From the NCBI GenBank assembly GCA_905203645.1, contig CAJKWP010000001.1:1-46364 (forward strand): a DNA stretch of 46,364 nt, written 5' to 3'. This document shows, piece by piece, positions 38,687-46,364 of this stretch. Below the pieces are notes generated by a model. That model ran no database searches and had not been told where the DNA came from. It saw only the letters and a list, made by a program, of their open reading frames with translations. Position numbers and translations under genes: made by a program. How positions within the stretch are numbered: the first letter of the stretch is position 1; every line of letters begins with the position of its first letter. The stretch is from an uncultured Christensenella sp. GTDB lineage: Bacteria; Bacillota; Clostridia; Christensenellales; UBA1242.

Positions 38687-39604
38687 TTATCCTTTTATCC
38701 CTGACAAAAATTCCCATAGCAAACATTCTGGTGGGATGTGGGAAAGGTCCATTTCACAAGCATATTTAAGATCTTGTTCAAGTTGCCTGGAATCCTGTGA
38801 ATTGTCCAAAAGTGGTGGTAAATATTTCTTGTATACAAGTGGTTCAAAATTGTGGGTTGAATCAATAAGAAAATCTGCATTATTTTTGAATGGCTTTATA
38901 AACATTTCTTCACCATCACAAACATTTTTCCACATTTTTATTGTTTGCGAAATCGTTGCACCACGTGTGTAAAAGTCACGGATGCAGCGACGTATTCTGC
39001 GAAGTCTTCTTGCTGGCAGTACGACTTTGTTGTCAATGCAAAAATCTGTGTTGAGGCAAACGTAAACGCGATATAACTGATCTTTATGCTTGTCAATGAT
39101 CGCTGGATTCAAGGCATGTATGCCTTCGATAATCAAAATTCCGCTTTTTGGCACTTTGACGTTATTGTAACCTGTTCTGGTACCTGTGACAAAATCAAAT
39201 TGTGGCAGGAGTGACTGACCATGTTCGATAATTTGGTTTAAAAACTTTTTGAAATAGGGAAGGTCTATGCTGTTTATATTTTCAAAATCATAGTTTCCAT
39301 CAGGCAGAATAGGGGTATCTTCACGATTTATAAAAAAATCATCCATCGAAATAACAAAAGAATGCAATCCTATGTTTTGCAATTTTTGACTTATTATGTT
39401 TGCTGTGGTTGTTTTTCCAGAAGAAGATGGTCCAGAAAGTAAAATAACTTTGATTGATTGTTGATTTTGTATATCCGAAATCAAATCGTCGATTTGATTG
39501 AAATAACCTTGCATGCTTGATGAAACAAGTTCTTGCGGTGAATGGATTCCTTGCATGTTGACAAGATCCAAATCTATACTGCTTTTAACGATATGTTCTT
39601 CCAT
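38687..39604 (-). CDS. uridine kinase/phosphoribulokinase-family P-loop nucleoside kinase-like protein
   Basis: 305 aa. Walker A LLSGPSSSGKTTTA, then SMDDFF and IIEGIHALNP, typical of the Udk/PRK fold. Extra N- and C-terminal regions of unknown role. Confidence 0.6.
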   Translation of the reverse strand: MEEHIVKSSIDLDLVNMQGIHSPQELVSSSMQGYFNQIDDLISDIQNQQSIKVILLSGPSSSGKTTTANIISQKLQNIGLHSFVISMDDFFINREDTPILPDGNYDFENINSIDLPYFKKFLNQIIEHGQSLLPQFDFVTGTRTGYNNVKVPKSGILIIEGIHALNPAIIDKHKDQLYRVYVCLNTDFCIDNKVVLPARRLRRIRRCIRDFYTRGATISQTIKMWKNVCDGEEMFIKPFKNNADFLIDSTHNFEPLVYKKYLPPLLDNSQDSRQLEQDLKYACEMDLSHIPPECLLWEFLSGIKG

Positions 39605-39793
39605 AGTAGTCCTTTTGTTTATTACTTTAAAAGTATATGTATATTATATCAAAAAATTGATTATAAACAACTAAAATCCGTAATATTTTCAAGATAAAAA
39701 TTATAGAATATTTTATCATTTTATGCCTAGTTTTAATCAAACGCTTTATTTTTGTACTTTTGATAGTAAAATGAAATTGACAAGGAGATGAAA

Positions 39794-41245
39794 ATGATAG
39801 AATTGACTAAATTGCTTCAAGGGATAGATTTTCAAGCAAAAGGGAATATGAAAAACATCGAAATAAAAAATGTATGTTTTAACAGTAAAGAAGTCAAAAG
39901 GGGCTATTTGTTTGTATGTTTGAAAGGCGTAAATACTGATGGACATGAATATTTCCTTGAAGCCGAGAAAAATGGTGCAGTCGCTATCGTTTGTGAACAT
40001 TGGCTAGACAGTGATTTGCCACAAATCTTGGTTGAAAATACAAGAAAGACGTTGGCTCTTCTTTCTGCCAATTTTTATGGCAATCCCGCAAAAAAACTTA
40101 AACTGATCGGTATTACTGGGACAAATGGAAAAACCACCACAACAATGGTAGTAAGGGATATACTTATCCAAAACAACAAAAAGGTTGGTGTTATAGGTAC
40201 ATTGGGTTATTTTATCGACAAAAAGCATTATGTTTGTGATTTGACAACTCCAGACCCGATGCGTTTACATAAAATTTTTTCAATTATGCTTGAAAAGGGT
40301 GTAGAGTACGTTGCCATGGAAGTATCGGCACATGCTATTGCATTGGAAAAAATACATGGATTGGAATTCGTTGTCGGGGCTCTTACAAATATAACTCAAG
40401 ATCATCTTGATTTTTTCAAGACAATGGACAATTACATAAAGACCAAGTTTAAATTTATGACATCGCCAGCACTGAAAACATCTTTGCTTAATGCGGATGA
40501 CGATTCGGTACATTTTTTGGAAAACGATATTTCATTCACTTATGGCATAGTTCAACCATCTGATTGTTTTGCTATGGATTTGTGTTTACAAATGGGCAGA
40601 AGCAGATATATTCTTAATTTGTTTGATAATGTAATAAATATCGACACAAAACTTTCGGGTGTATTTAATGTTTACAATGTATTGCTCGGAAGTGCGATTG
40701 CTTGTATACTGGGGGTTGATACAAAAATTATACAGTTGGCAATTTCCAAGATGAAGCCAGTTGAAGGCAGATATAATGTAATAAATACGAACAACGGAAG
40801 TGTAGTCATTGATTTTGCACACACGCCTGACGGACTTGAAAATATTTTGAAAAGTATAAGGCAAACTTCTAACGCAAAGATTGTAACAGTGTTTGGGTGT
40901 GGTGGCAATCGCGACAATAAAAAAAGACCAATTATGGGAGCAATTGCTGAAAAATACAGCGATTTTTGTTTTGTAACAACTGACAATCCAAGATTTGAGA
41001 ATCCAGACTTGATTGCGGAAGATATTTTGGATGGAATGAAAAACAAAGATGTCGTAGTTGTAGAAAATGATCGTAAAAAAGCAATAATGTTGGCACTTGA
41101 AAAACTTGACAAAAACACGATAGTGGCAGTTTGCGGAAAGGGTGGAGAAAAATATCAAGACATAAATGGTGTAATGTCACCATTCAATGACGTTACAATA
41201 GTAAAAGATTGTTTGAAGGAACTAGGGTTTAAAATATTGAAATAA
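39794..41245 (+). CDS. murE: UDP-N-acetylmuramoyl-L-alanyl-D-glutamate--2,6-diaminopimelate ligase
   Basis: GITGTNGKTTT P-loop. The DNPR motif (TTDNPRFE) suggests meso-DAP specificity. ATG at 39794 is better spaced from AAGGAG (39782-39787) than the track start at 39788. Confidence 0.93.
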   Translation: MIELTKLLQGIDFQAKGNMKNIEIKNVCFNSKEVKRGYLFVCLKGVNTDGHEYFLEAEKNGAVAIVCEHWLDSDLPQILVENTRKTLALLSANFYGNPAKKLKLIGITGTNGKTTTTMVVRDILIQNNKKVGVIGTLGYFIDKKHYVCDLTTPDPMRLHKIFSIMLEKGVEYVAMEVSAHAIALEKIHGLEFVVGALTNITQDHLDFFKTMDNYIKTKFKFMTSPALKTSLLNADDDSVHFLENDISFTYGIVQPSDCFAMDLCLQMGRSRYILNLFDNVINIDTKLSGVFNVYNVLLGSAIACILGVDTKIIQLAISKMKPVEGRYNVINTNNGSVVIDFAHTPDGLENILKSIRQTSNAKIVTVFGCGGNRDNKKRPIMGAIAEKYSDFCFVTTDNPRFENPDLIAEDILDGMKNKDVVVVENDRKKAIMLALEKLDKNTIVAVCGKGGEKYQDINGVMSPFNDVTIVKDCLKELGFKILK

Positions 41246-41301
41246 TGTTCAAATAAATATTTTAAATTTGCACAGCATATTTATAGTACATGGAGAAATA
41301 A

Positions 41302-42291
41302 GTGGAAAAAAATATTATTGCCTTTATTCTTGCTTTGCTCATAGCAACAATTGTCGCACCTTTTATAATAAAGTACACAAAACAACTTAAAGCATCCCAA
41401 ACAATTTTGAAGTATGTCAAAGAACATAGTGGAAAGCAAGGAACACCTACGATGGGGGGAATTATATTTTTAACTTCATTTTTGGTTGTTAATTTGCTTC
41501 TGCTTGGAAATGACAGTACGTTATCGTTTGTAAGTTTGGCATCTACCATTGCATTTGGGATACTTGGCTTTTTGGATGATTTTATAAAAATTCGATTCAA
41601 ACAAAATGAGGGGCTCAAAGCATATCAAAAAATAATTGGACAAGTTGGTATATCAATAATTCTTGCATACTTCGTTTATCGTTTTGTTGGCAGTGAAGTT
41701 TTTTTGCCATTCACTTTGACCAAAGTTGATTTTGGTTTTTGGATTATTCCTTTTGTTGTTTTTGTTTATCTGGCAATGGTAAACAGTGTAAATCTTATTG
41801 ATGGTCTTGATGGATTATGTAGTGGTACATCTATTTCTTATATACTAGCAGTAGTATTATTTTTAACATTATTTGCACAAAAGATGGGGTTTGTGGGTTT
41901 GCAGATGGCAGAAATAAATAATCTTGTTATGTCGTGCTGTATCTTGATTGGAGCATTGTCAGGATTTGTTTTGGTCAATTGTTTTCCAGCCAAAATATTT
42001 ATGGGTGACACTGGTTCATTGGCTCTAGGAGGTTTTTTGACATCGGCTTTGATATTCAGTCAAAACCCATTTATGATAGCATTATTCGGCATTATGTTCG
42101 TAGTTACAGCTTTATCGGATATTATCCAAGTGTTTGTGTTCAAAACAAAACATAAGCGTGTTTTCAAAATGGCACCATTACATCATCACTTTCAAATGTG
42201 TGGTATGCATGAAAATCGAATTGTCGCAGTATACATAGTTATAACTGTGGCAGTAAGTTTGATTTGTATTTATTTGACCGCAGTTTTGTAA
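41302..42291 (+). CDS. mraY: phospho-N-acetylmuramoyl-pentapeptide transferase
   Basis: 329 aa with a GTG start after TGGAG. NLIDGLDGL, MGDTGSLALGG, APLHHHF. Confidence 0.95.
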   Translation: MEKNIIAFILALLIATIVAPFIIKYTKQLKASQTILKYVKEHSGKQGTPTMGGIIFLTSFLVVNLLLLGNDSTLSFVSLASTIAFGILGFLDDFIKIRFKQNEGLKAYQKIIGQVGISIILAYFVYRFVGSEVFLPFTLTKVDFGFWIIPFVVFVYLAMVNSVNLIDGLDGLCSGTSISYILAVVLFLTLFAQKMGFVGLQMAEINNLVMSCCILIGALSGFVLVNCFPAKIFMGDTGSLALGGFLTSALIFSQNPFMIALFGIMFVVTALSDIIQVFVFKTKHKRVFKMAPLHHHFQMCGMHENRIVAVYIVITVAVSLICIYLTAVL

Positions 42292-42299
42292 GGAGATTT

Positions 42300-43586
42300 A
42301 TGAAACTTAAAAATGTTCCTGTGCTAGTTTATGGTTTGGGAAAAACTGGCATGGAAACTATAAAATTTTTGCAAAAAAGAAAAGCAAACGTTTTTATTTT
42401 CGATGACACAAGTTTTTTGAAAATTCCAAATACTCAGTGGTTGAACGAGCAGTGCGATTTGTCATTCTTAAAATTTGTGGTTGTAAGTCCTGGGATTGGT
42501 GAAACCAAGTTTTTGAACAAATTGAAACTTTTCAAAATTCCAGTTTACAGCGAATTTAAATTTGCTTGTCAGTTTTTGAAAACAAAGCTCATTGCGATAA
42601 CTGGAACAAATGGAAAAACTACGACGGCAAGTCTTTTGGGAAAAATATTGAATGATGCTGGCAAAAAGACTATTGTATGTGGAAATATAGGCAATCCGTT
42701 GATAAGTTGTATTTGCAGACAAAAAGAGTACAAATTTATAGTATGTGAGGTAAGTAGTTTTCAACTTGAAAATTTGGGAGATGTCAATTCATACATATCG
42801 GTTTTGTTGAATATCAAGCCTGACCATTTGGAAAGACATAAAACATTTGAAAATTATCAAGAACTCAAATTTTCGATATTCAAAAAACAAAAGAAAAGAT
42901 CGTTTGCAATCGTGAACAAAAATCTGAAAAATAAATATTGCTTGCATGGATTTCAAAACAATGCAATTACTTTTTCTGCTTATGAACAAGCTGATGCTTA
43001 TATGTATGGCGCCAATCTTGTCTACAAAGATGTGTCGATTGATACAAAAAAATTGAACTTGTTTGGCAAAAAAAATTTTGAAAATATTTTGACGTGTATG
43101 ATCGTTGCAAAGGTTTGCAAAATAAAACCTGTAGTTATTGTTGAAAGCATCACATCTTTCAGGGGATTGGATCACAGAATTCAATTTGTAAAAGAAATTG
43201 GTGGTGTAAAATATTTTGACGACAGCAAAGCAACAAATCCCGATAGTACAAATTGTGCACTGGAAATTTTTGACAAAAATGTAATTTTGCTTCTTGGGGG
43301 ATATGACAAGGGGTTGGATTATACTTCAATATTTGTTTCTAACAAAAATATCAAAGCGTTGATTGCTTTTGGGCAGGCAAAAGATGCGATTGCCCTTTGT
43401 GCACAAAAAAACAACATTGACAAGATAGTGAAGTGTAACAAATTAAAAGATGCAATACTCAAATCTAACGAGATTGGGCAAAGTGGGGATATTGTATTAC
43501 TTTCTCCTGCCTGTTCGAGTTTTGACGAATTTGAAAATTTTGAAAAAAGAGGGGAGTACTTTGCTGATTTTGTGAATGGTTTATAG
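42300..43586 (+). CDS. murD: UDP-N-acetylmuramoylalanine--D-glutamate ligase
   Basis: 428 aa from the ATG at 42300 (AAGGAG at 42290-42295). GLGKTG Rossmann motif, GTNGKTTT, DDSKATN. Confidence 0.93.
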   Translation: MKLKNVPVLVYGLGKTGMETIKFLQKRKANVFIFDDTSFLKIPNTQWLNEQCDLSFLKFVVVSPGIGETKFLNKLKLFKIPVYSEFKFACQFLKTKLIAITGTNGKTTTASLLGKILNDAGKKTIVCGNIGNPLISCICRQKEYKFIVCEVSSFQLENLGDVNSYISVLLNIKPDHLERHKTFENYQELKFSIFKKQKKRSFAIVNKNLKNKYCLHGFQNNAITFSAYEQADAYMYGANLVYKDVSIDTKKLNLFGKKNFENILTCMIVAKVCKIKPVVIVESITSFRGLDHRIQFVKEIGGVKYFDDSKATNPDSTNCALEIFDKNVILLLGGYDKGLDYTSIFVSNKNIKALIAFGQAKDAIALCAQKNNIDKIVKCNKLKDAILKSNEIGQSGDIVLLSPACSSFDEFENFEKRGEYFADFVNGL

Positions 43587-43594
43587 GAGAATGT

Positions 43595-44818
43595 ATGAAA
43601 AATAAATTTGTACAGGCTTTCAGTTTGAGAAAAAGACAAGATGACAGAAAAATAAATTTTGGCAGTATTTTCAAACTGGACAAAACTTGTTGGGTTATTT
43701 TGATAAGTGTTTTGCTTCTTGCGGTATTTGGATGCATTATGGTTTACAGTGCAAGCTATTATCTTTCATCACTGGCTGGCAATAAGTACAGGTATCTTAT
43801 AAAGCAAATTGTTGGTGTTGTGCTTGGTATTGTGGGAATGATGTTCTTTTCGATCTTTCCATATCAAAATTTGAAAAAGTTTAAATGGTGGGCAGTTGTA
43901 ATTTCAATGCTGCTTTTGGCTTGCGTTTTTATACCAGGAATTGGAATTGAAAATTATGGCGCAAGAAGGTGGATTGGCTTGGGTGGATTTTCTTTTCAAC
44001 CAAGTGAAATAGCCAAATTCGCACTAGTTTTGTTTTGTGCATGTCACTTGTCTGAACATTATGATAATGTAAAATCATTCAAGGCGTTGTTGCCTGTATT
44101 GTTGGTTGGTGGCATATTTTGTGTTATGGTTATTTTGGAACCCAATATGAGCATTACAATGTGTATAGCAATAACTCTTATTGTGATGCTTTTTGTGGGC
44201 GGTATAAGTTTCAAACATTTTTCATATCTTGCAGTTCCATCTATGGCAATGGTACCCATTTTGATATTTATGGAACCGTACAGGATAAAAAGGCTTATGG
44301 CATTTTTGGATCCCTGGGCATCGCCAAAGGGTGAGGGATTTCAACTTATACAATCTTTGTATGCACTTGGCTCGGGCGGTTTGTTTGGAGTTGGGCTTTT
44401 TTGTTCCAGACAAAAATACTTGTTCTTGCCATTTTGTGAAAGCGACTTTATTTTTTCGATAATAGGTGAAGAGCTTGGATTTTTTGGTGCGCTTGCGTTG
44501 CTTATTGTATTTTTGATTTTGGTAATATTTCTGATTAAAACAGCATGCGGTGCCAAAGACAGATTTGGTTGTTTGCTTGCTGTTGGCGTGGCAACTGTTA
44601 TAGCTGTTCAAGTGCTTATAAACGTTGCAGTGGTGACAGGTTCAATTCCGCCAACAGGTCTGCCTTTGCCATTTGTGTCAGCAGGAAGTACATCACTTGT
44701 AGTTTTTATGAGTGCAATAGGTGTTTGTATCAATATAAGAAAAGAATCAAAAAGTTATGTATTTGATGAAGTGTCAAAAAACAATAAAAAAACTGTTTTA
44801 ACATCAGGAATTGAGTAG
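43595..44818 (+). CDS. ftsW: SEDS-family peptidoglycan glycosyltransferase FtsW (or SpoVE)
   Basis: 407 aa, about 10 TM. FQPSEIAK and PLPFVSAGSTSL motifs. Lies downstream of murD. Confidence 0.9.
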   Translation: MKNKFVQAFSLRKRQDDRKINFGSIFKLDKTCWVILISVLLLAVFGCIMVYSASYYLSSLAGNKYRYLIKQIVGVVLGIVGMMFFSIFPYQNLKKFKWWAVVISMLLLACVFIPGIGIENYGARRWIGLGGFSFQPSEIAKFALVLFCACHLSEHYDNVKSFKALLPVLLVGGIFCVMVILEPNMSITMCIAITLIVMLFVGGISFKHFSYLAVPSMAMVPILIFMEPYRIKRLMAFLDPWASPKGEGFQLIQSLYALGSGGLFGVGLFCSRQKYLFLPFCESDFIFSIIGEELGFFGALALLIVFLILVIFLIKTACGAKDRFGCLLAVGVATVIAVQVLINVAVVTGSIPPTGLPLPFVSAGSTSLVVFMSAIGVCINIRKESKSYVFDEVSKNNKKTVLTSGIE

Positions 44819-44836
44819 AAGAGATGATGCAGATAT

Positions 44837-44865
44837 TTGACTTTTGGATAAAAATTTTGTAATAT
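44837..44865 (+). promoter_or_regulatory. promoter of the large ncRNA
   Basis: TTGACT (44837-44842), 17 nt, TAATAT (44860-44865). The predicted start falls about 44871-44873, exactly where the terminal helix begins. Confidence 0.55.
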
Positions 44866-44870
44866 AAACA

Positions 44871-45467
44871 TGGAGGCGCAGTATTCTAGTCGCTTTGGTT
44901 TGCTTGGAAGATGAGTTTAAAGGCATCAAAGGGCACAACTGTGAAGTTTCTGGTGCATGCTTCGGTTGCCCAAATTGGGGTGTGTGCTGGGAGTTAAGAT
45001 TTTTGGGCGCGTTGTAACGGCATACAATTTCCGTCCCAACTTTCGTGGAGACCCAGTTGGGTGGGAAAAATATTATTTTTTTCCACTCCCTGGATATGAA
45101 CCTGCAGTGCGGTGATAAGCTGTGTGCAGAGTAGCCTGCTTTGCGTGACATTTGGGGATGTTCCACAAAAACAAATCGTCAAAAATGGCCAATTTGTTGG
45201 TTTGTTCGGTCTGAAACATATGTTGCAAAAAAAGCTAATGGCAAATCAAAGTGTCAAGGAAAACTTCTAGACTGTTGCTTGTCAAACATATCAGGGATTA
45301 TAGTGTGGTCTAAGTGGCGATTCGGTGCAAAAGTGATTTTCAAAAGGAAACTGCTTACACGGCAACGGTAAGTAAATCATGCAGGGAAAACCTACCGAAC
45401 CTATGCCGCAAGGTTTACTTGATATGTTGCCTCCAAAATTTGTTTGTTATGACCTTATGGTCTTTTT
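44871..45467 (+). ncRNA. large (about 600 nt) structured noncoding RNA, OLE-like candidate
   Basis: Lies in a 667-nt gap with no credible CDS. 49 G+C in 44931-45030 versus 23 in 44701-44800 (hand count). Terminal helix TGGAGGC (44871-44877) / GCCTCCA (45429-45435). Internal helices: 44931-35/44967-71, 44989-94/45085-90, 45035-41/45055-61, 45061-70/45077-86, 45360-64/45404-08, 45366-70/45393-97. G-U pairs fit only the + strand. Weak hairpin plus T5 at 45451-45467. A multi-TM protein gene follows. Confidence 0.6.
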
Positions 45468-45485
45468 ATATAAAGGATGTAAAAT

Positions 45486-46160
45486 ATGGAAGAACCCAAA
45501 CCGCCTTTACAAAATCAAAACAAGAAAAAAGTAAAGGCAACTGCAAAAACTCAAAAATGGTGGATGTGGCCCGTCAAGATTTTCTTTTTGTCATTGGCAT
45601 TATCACTGGTGTTCAGTATAGGCAGTGAATTTGTAATGTCTGCATCTGGAATAATTATTTCTTCGCTAATCATTGTTGTATTGATTGTAATTGCAGTTGT
45701 TGCAGACATGGTAGGTGTGGCAGTTACTGCGTGTTCGGTTGAACCTTTCACTGCAATGGCTTCAAGAAAGGTACGTGGTGCAAGGGAAGCACTTGTACTT
45801 TTGAAAAATGCGGAAAAGGTAAGTAGTCTTTGTAATGATGTACTTGGTGATATTTGTGGTATCGTCAGTGGTGCTGCAGGGGCGTCGATTGTAACAAGAA
45901 TAACAATCAATATGACGTCAAATGCTGGGCTTATACTGATAGGTGCACTCTTGAGTTCATTTATTGCAGCCTTGACTATATTTTCAAAAGCGCTTGGCAA
46001 AAAATATTCAATTGATAACTGCAACAAAATCACTTTGCTTGCGGGCAAGATGTTAAGTCCATTCATTGGCAAAGAAAAGATAGATATAAAACCAAAACCC
46101 AAAACAGAAAAGGTTTTGATTGAAGTAAAAACTGAAACAGACAAAGATTTGAAAAATTAA
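45486..46160 (+). CDS. multi-pass membrane protein downstream of the large RNA (OapA-like candidate)
   Basis: 224 aa. AAGGA RBS. Basic N-terminus (KKKVKATAKTQK), about four hydrophobic helices, a D-x-x-x-D inside a helix (NDVLGDICGIVSGAAG) and a charged Lys-rich C-tail. Its own terminator follows. Confidence 0.7.
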   Translation: MEEPKPPLQNQNKKKVKATAKTQKWWMWPVKIFFLSLALSLVFSIGSEFVMSASGIIISSLIIVVLIVIAVVADMVGVAVTACSVEPFTAMASRKVRGAREALVLLKNAEKVSSLCNDVLGDICGIVSGAAGASIVTRITINMTSNAGLILIGALLSSFIAALTIFSKALGKKYSIDNCNKITLLAGKMLSPFIGKEKIDIKPKPKTEKVLIEVKTETDKDLKN

Positions 46161-46173
46161 AATTTAACAACAG

Positions 46174-46202
46174 AAAGAAGGGGAGATACCTTCTTTTTTT
46201 TT
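46174..46202 (+). terminator. rho-independent terminator
   Basis: AAAGAAGG (46174-46181), ggagata loop, CCTTCTTT (46189-46196), then a T-run. Confidence 0.8.
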
Positions 46203-46364
46203 GAAACAAATTTTGTTTTGCAAACAAAACCGTTACGATTAATAACTCTATCAGTTTTATATACTGATGGACTGATAATATCATGCTGGTTATCCTTTTG
46301 CTCTTTTGAAGATACAAATGTTCCTACTCCTTTTTTTCTATACAAATATCCTTCAGTACACAGT

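Noticed and set aside
40586-41158. 190-aa and 148-aa - strand ORFs inside murE
   Set aside because: Antisense to murE. No independent signals.
44871-45467. Considered RNase P RNA, tmRNA, 6S RNA or a group II intron as the identity of the large RNA
   Set aside because: I cannot find the P4 GAGGAAAGTCC element, a tRNA-like GGTTCGA...CCACCA 3' end, or a domain-V-like hairpin. At about 600 nt it is too long for 6S. A covariance search is still needed.
44804-45628. Four 62-120-aa ORFs (both strands) within the ftsW-downstream gap
   Set aside because: None has a Shine-Dalgarno. They overlap each other in different frames, their products are Cys/Trp/Arg-rich, and they coincide with the GC-rich paired region. 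They are better explained as chance ORFs in a structured RNA gene.
45551-46144. 197-aa - strand ORF overlapping the membrane-protein gene
   Set aside because: The + strand frame has an RBS, clean TM-helix/charged-loop alternation and a + oriented terminator at 46174-46202. The - frame has none of these, and its start would lie inside that terminator region.
46157-46345. 62-aa and 84-aa - strand ORFs at the right edge, one preceded by AAGGAG and a TTG start
   Set aside because: Both read through the 46174-46202 terminator hairpin and into the antisense of the membrane-protein gene, with no recognisable motif. The right-edge 160 nt is left unannotated.
1-46364. Looked for CRISPR arrays, IS elements or transposases, integrases, prophage genes, tRNA/rRNA genes and defence-system genes
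   Set aside because: None seen. No spaced direct-repeat arrays, no terminal inverted repeats flanking ORFs, and every sizeable ORF is accounted for by housekeeping functions apart from the GLUG protein.

Overview
AT-rich Firmicutes/Clostridia-like core chromosome, densely packed with housekeeping genes and no mobile elements, CRISPR arrays, rRNA or tRNA genes that I can see. Left to right: single-chain pyruvate:ferredoxin oxidoreductase (-), truA, rplM-rpsI, rplU-prp-rpmA, an Ogg-type glycosylase, nfeD-floA plus a charged membrane-anchored protein, spo0A (-), cmk, the ylxM-ffh-rpsP-KH-rimM-trmD-rbgA-yraN-rplS block, murA-ftsQ-ftsA-ftsZ, a 778-aa secreted GLUG-repeat protein, rpsU (-), comM-dprA-topA-trmFO-hslV-hslU, tcdA-trxA, nifS-nifU, ruvX-DUF1292, an orphan lipoprotein solute-binding protein (-), rnhA and a uridine-kinase-family gene (-), and murE-mraY-murD-ftsW. 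The most unusual element is the 667-nt ORF-poor gap after ftsW (44819-45485). It is much more G+C-rich than its surroundings, has its own promoter, and has a long-range helix pairing its two ends plus many internal helices. A 224-aa multi-TM protein is encoded directly downstream. I read this as a large structured ncRNA: either an OLE-type RNA with an OapA-like partner or an undescribed relative. Secondary observations are two unannotated small ORFs with strong Shine-Dalgarno sites, a candidate small RNA bracketed by two terminators, a candidate operator palindrome, a possibly leaderless truA, a Spo0A with an altered acidic pocket, and a split, incomplete dcw cluster. All calls come from reading the sequence and ORF translations. 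No database search was run.
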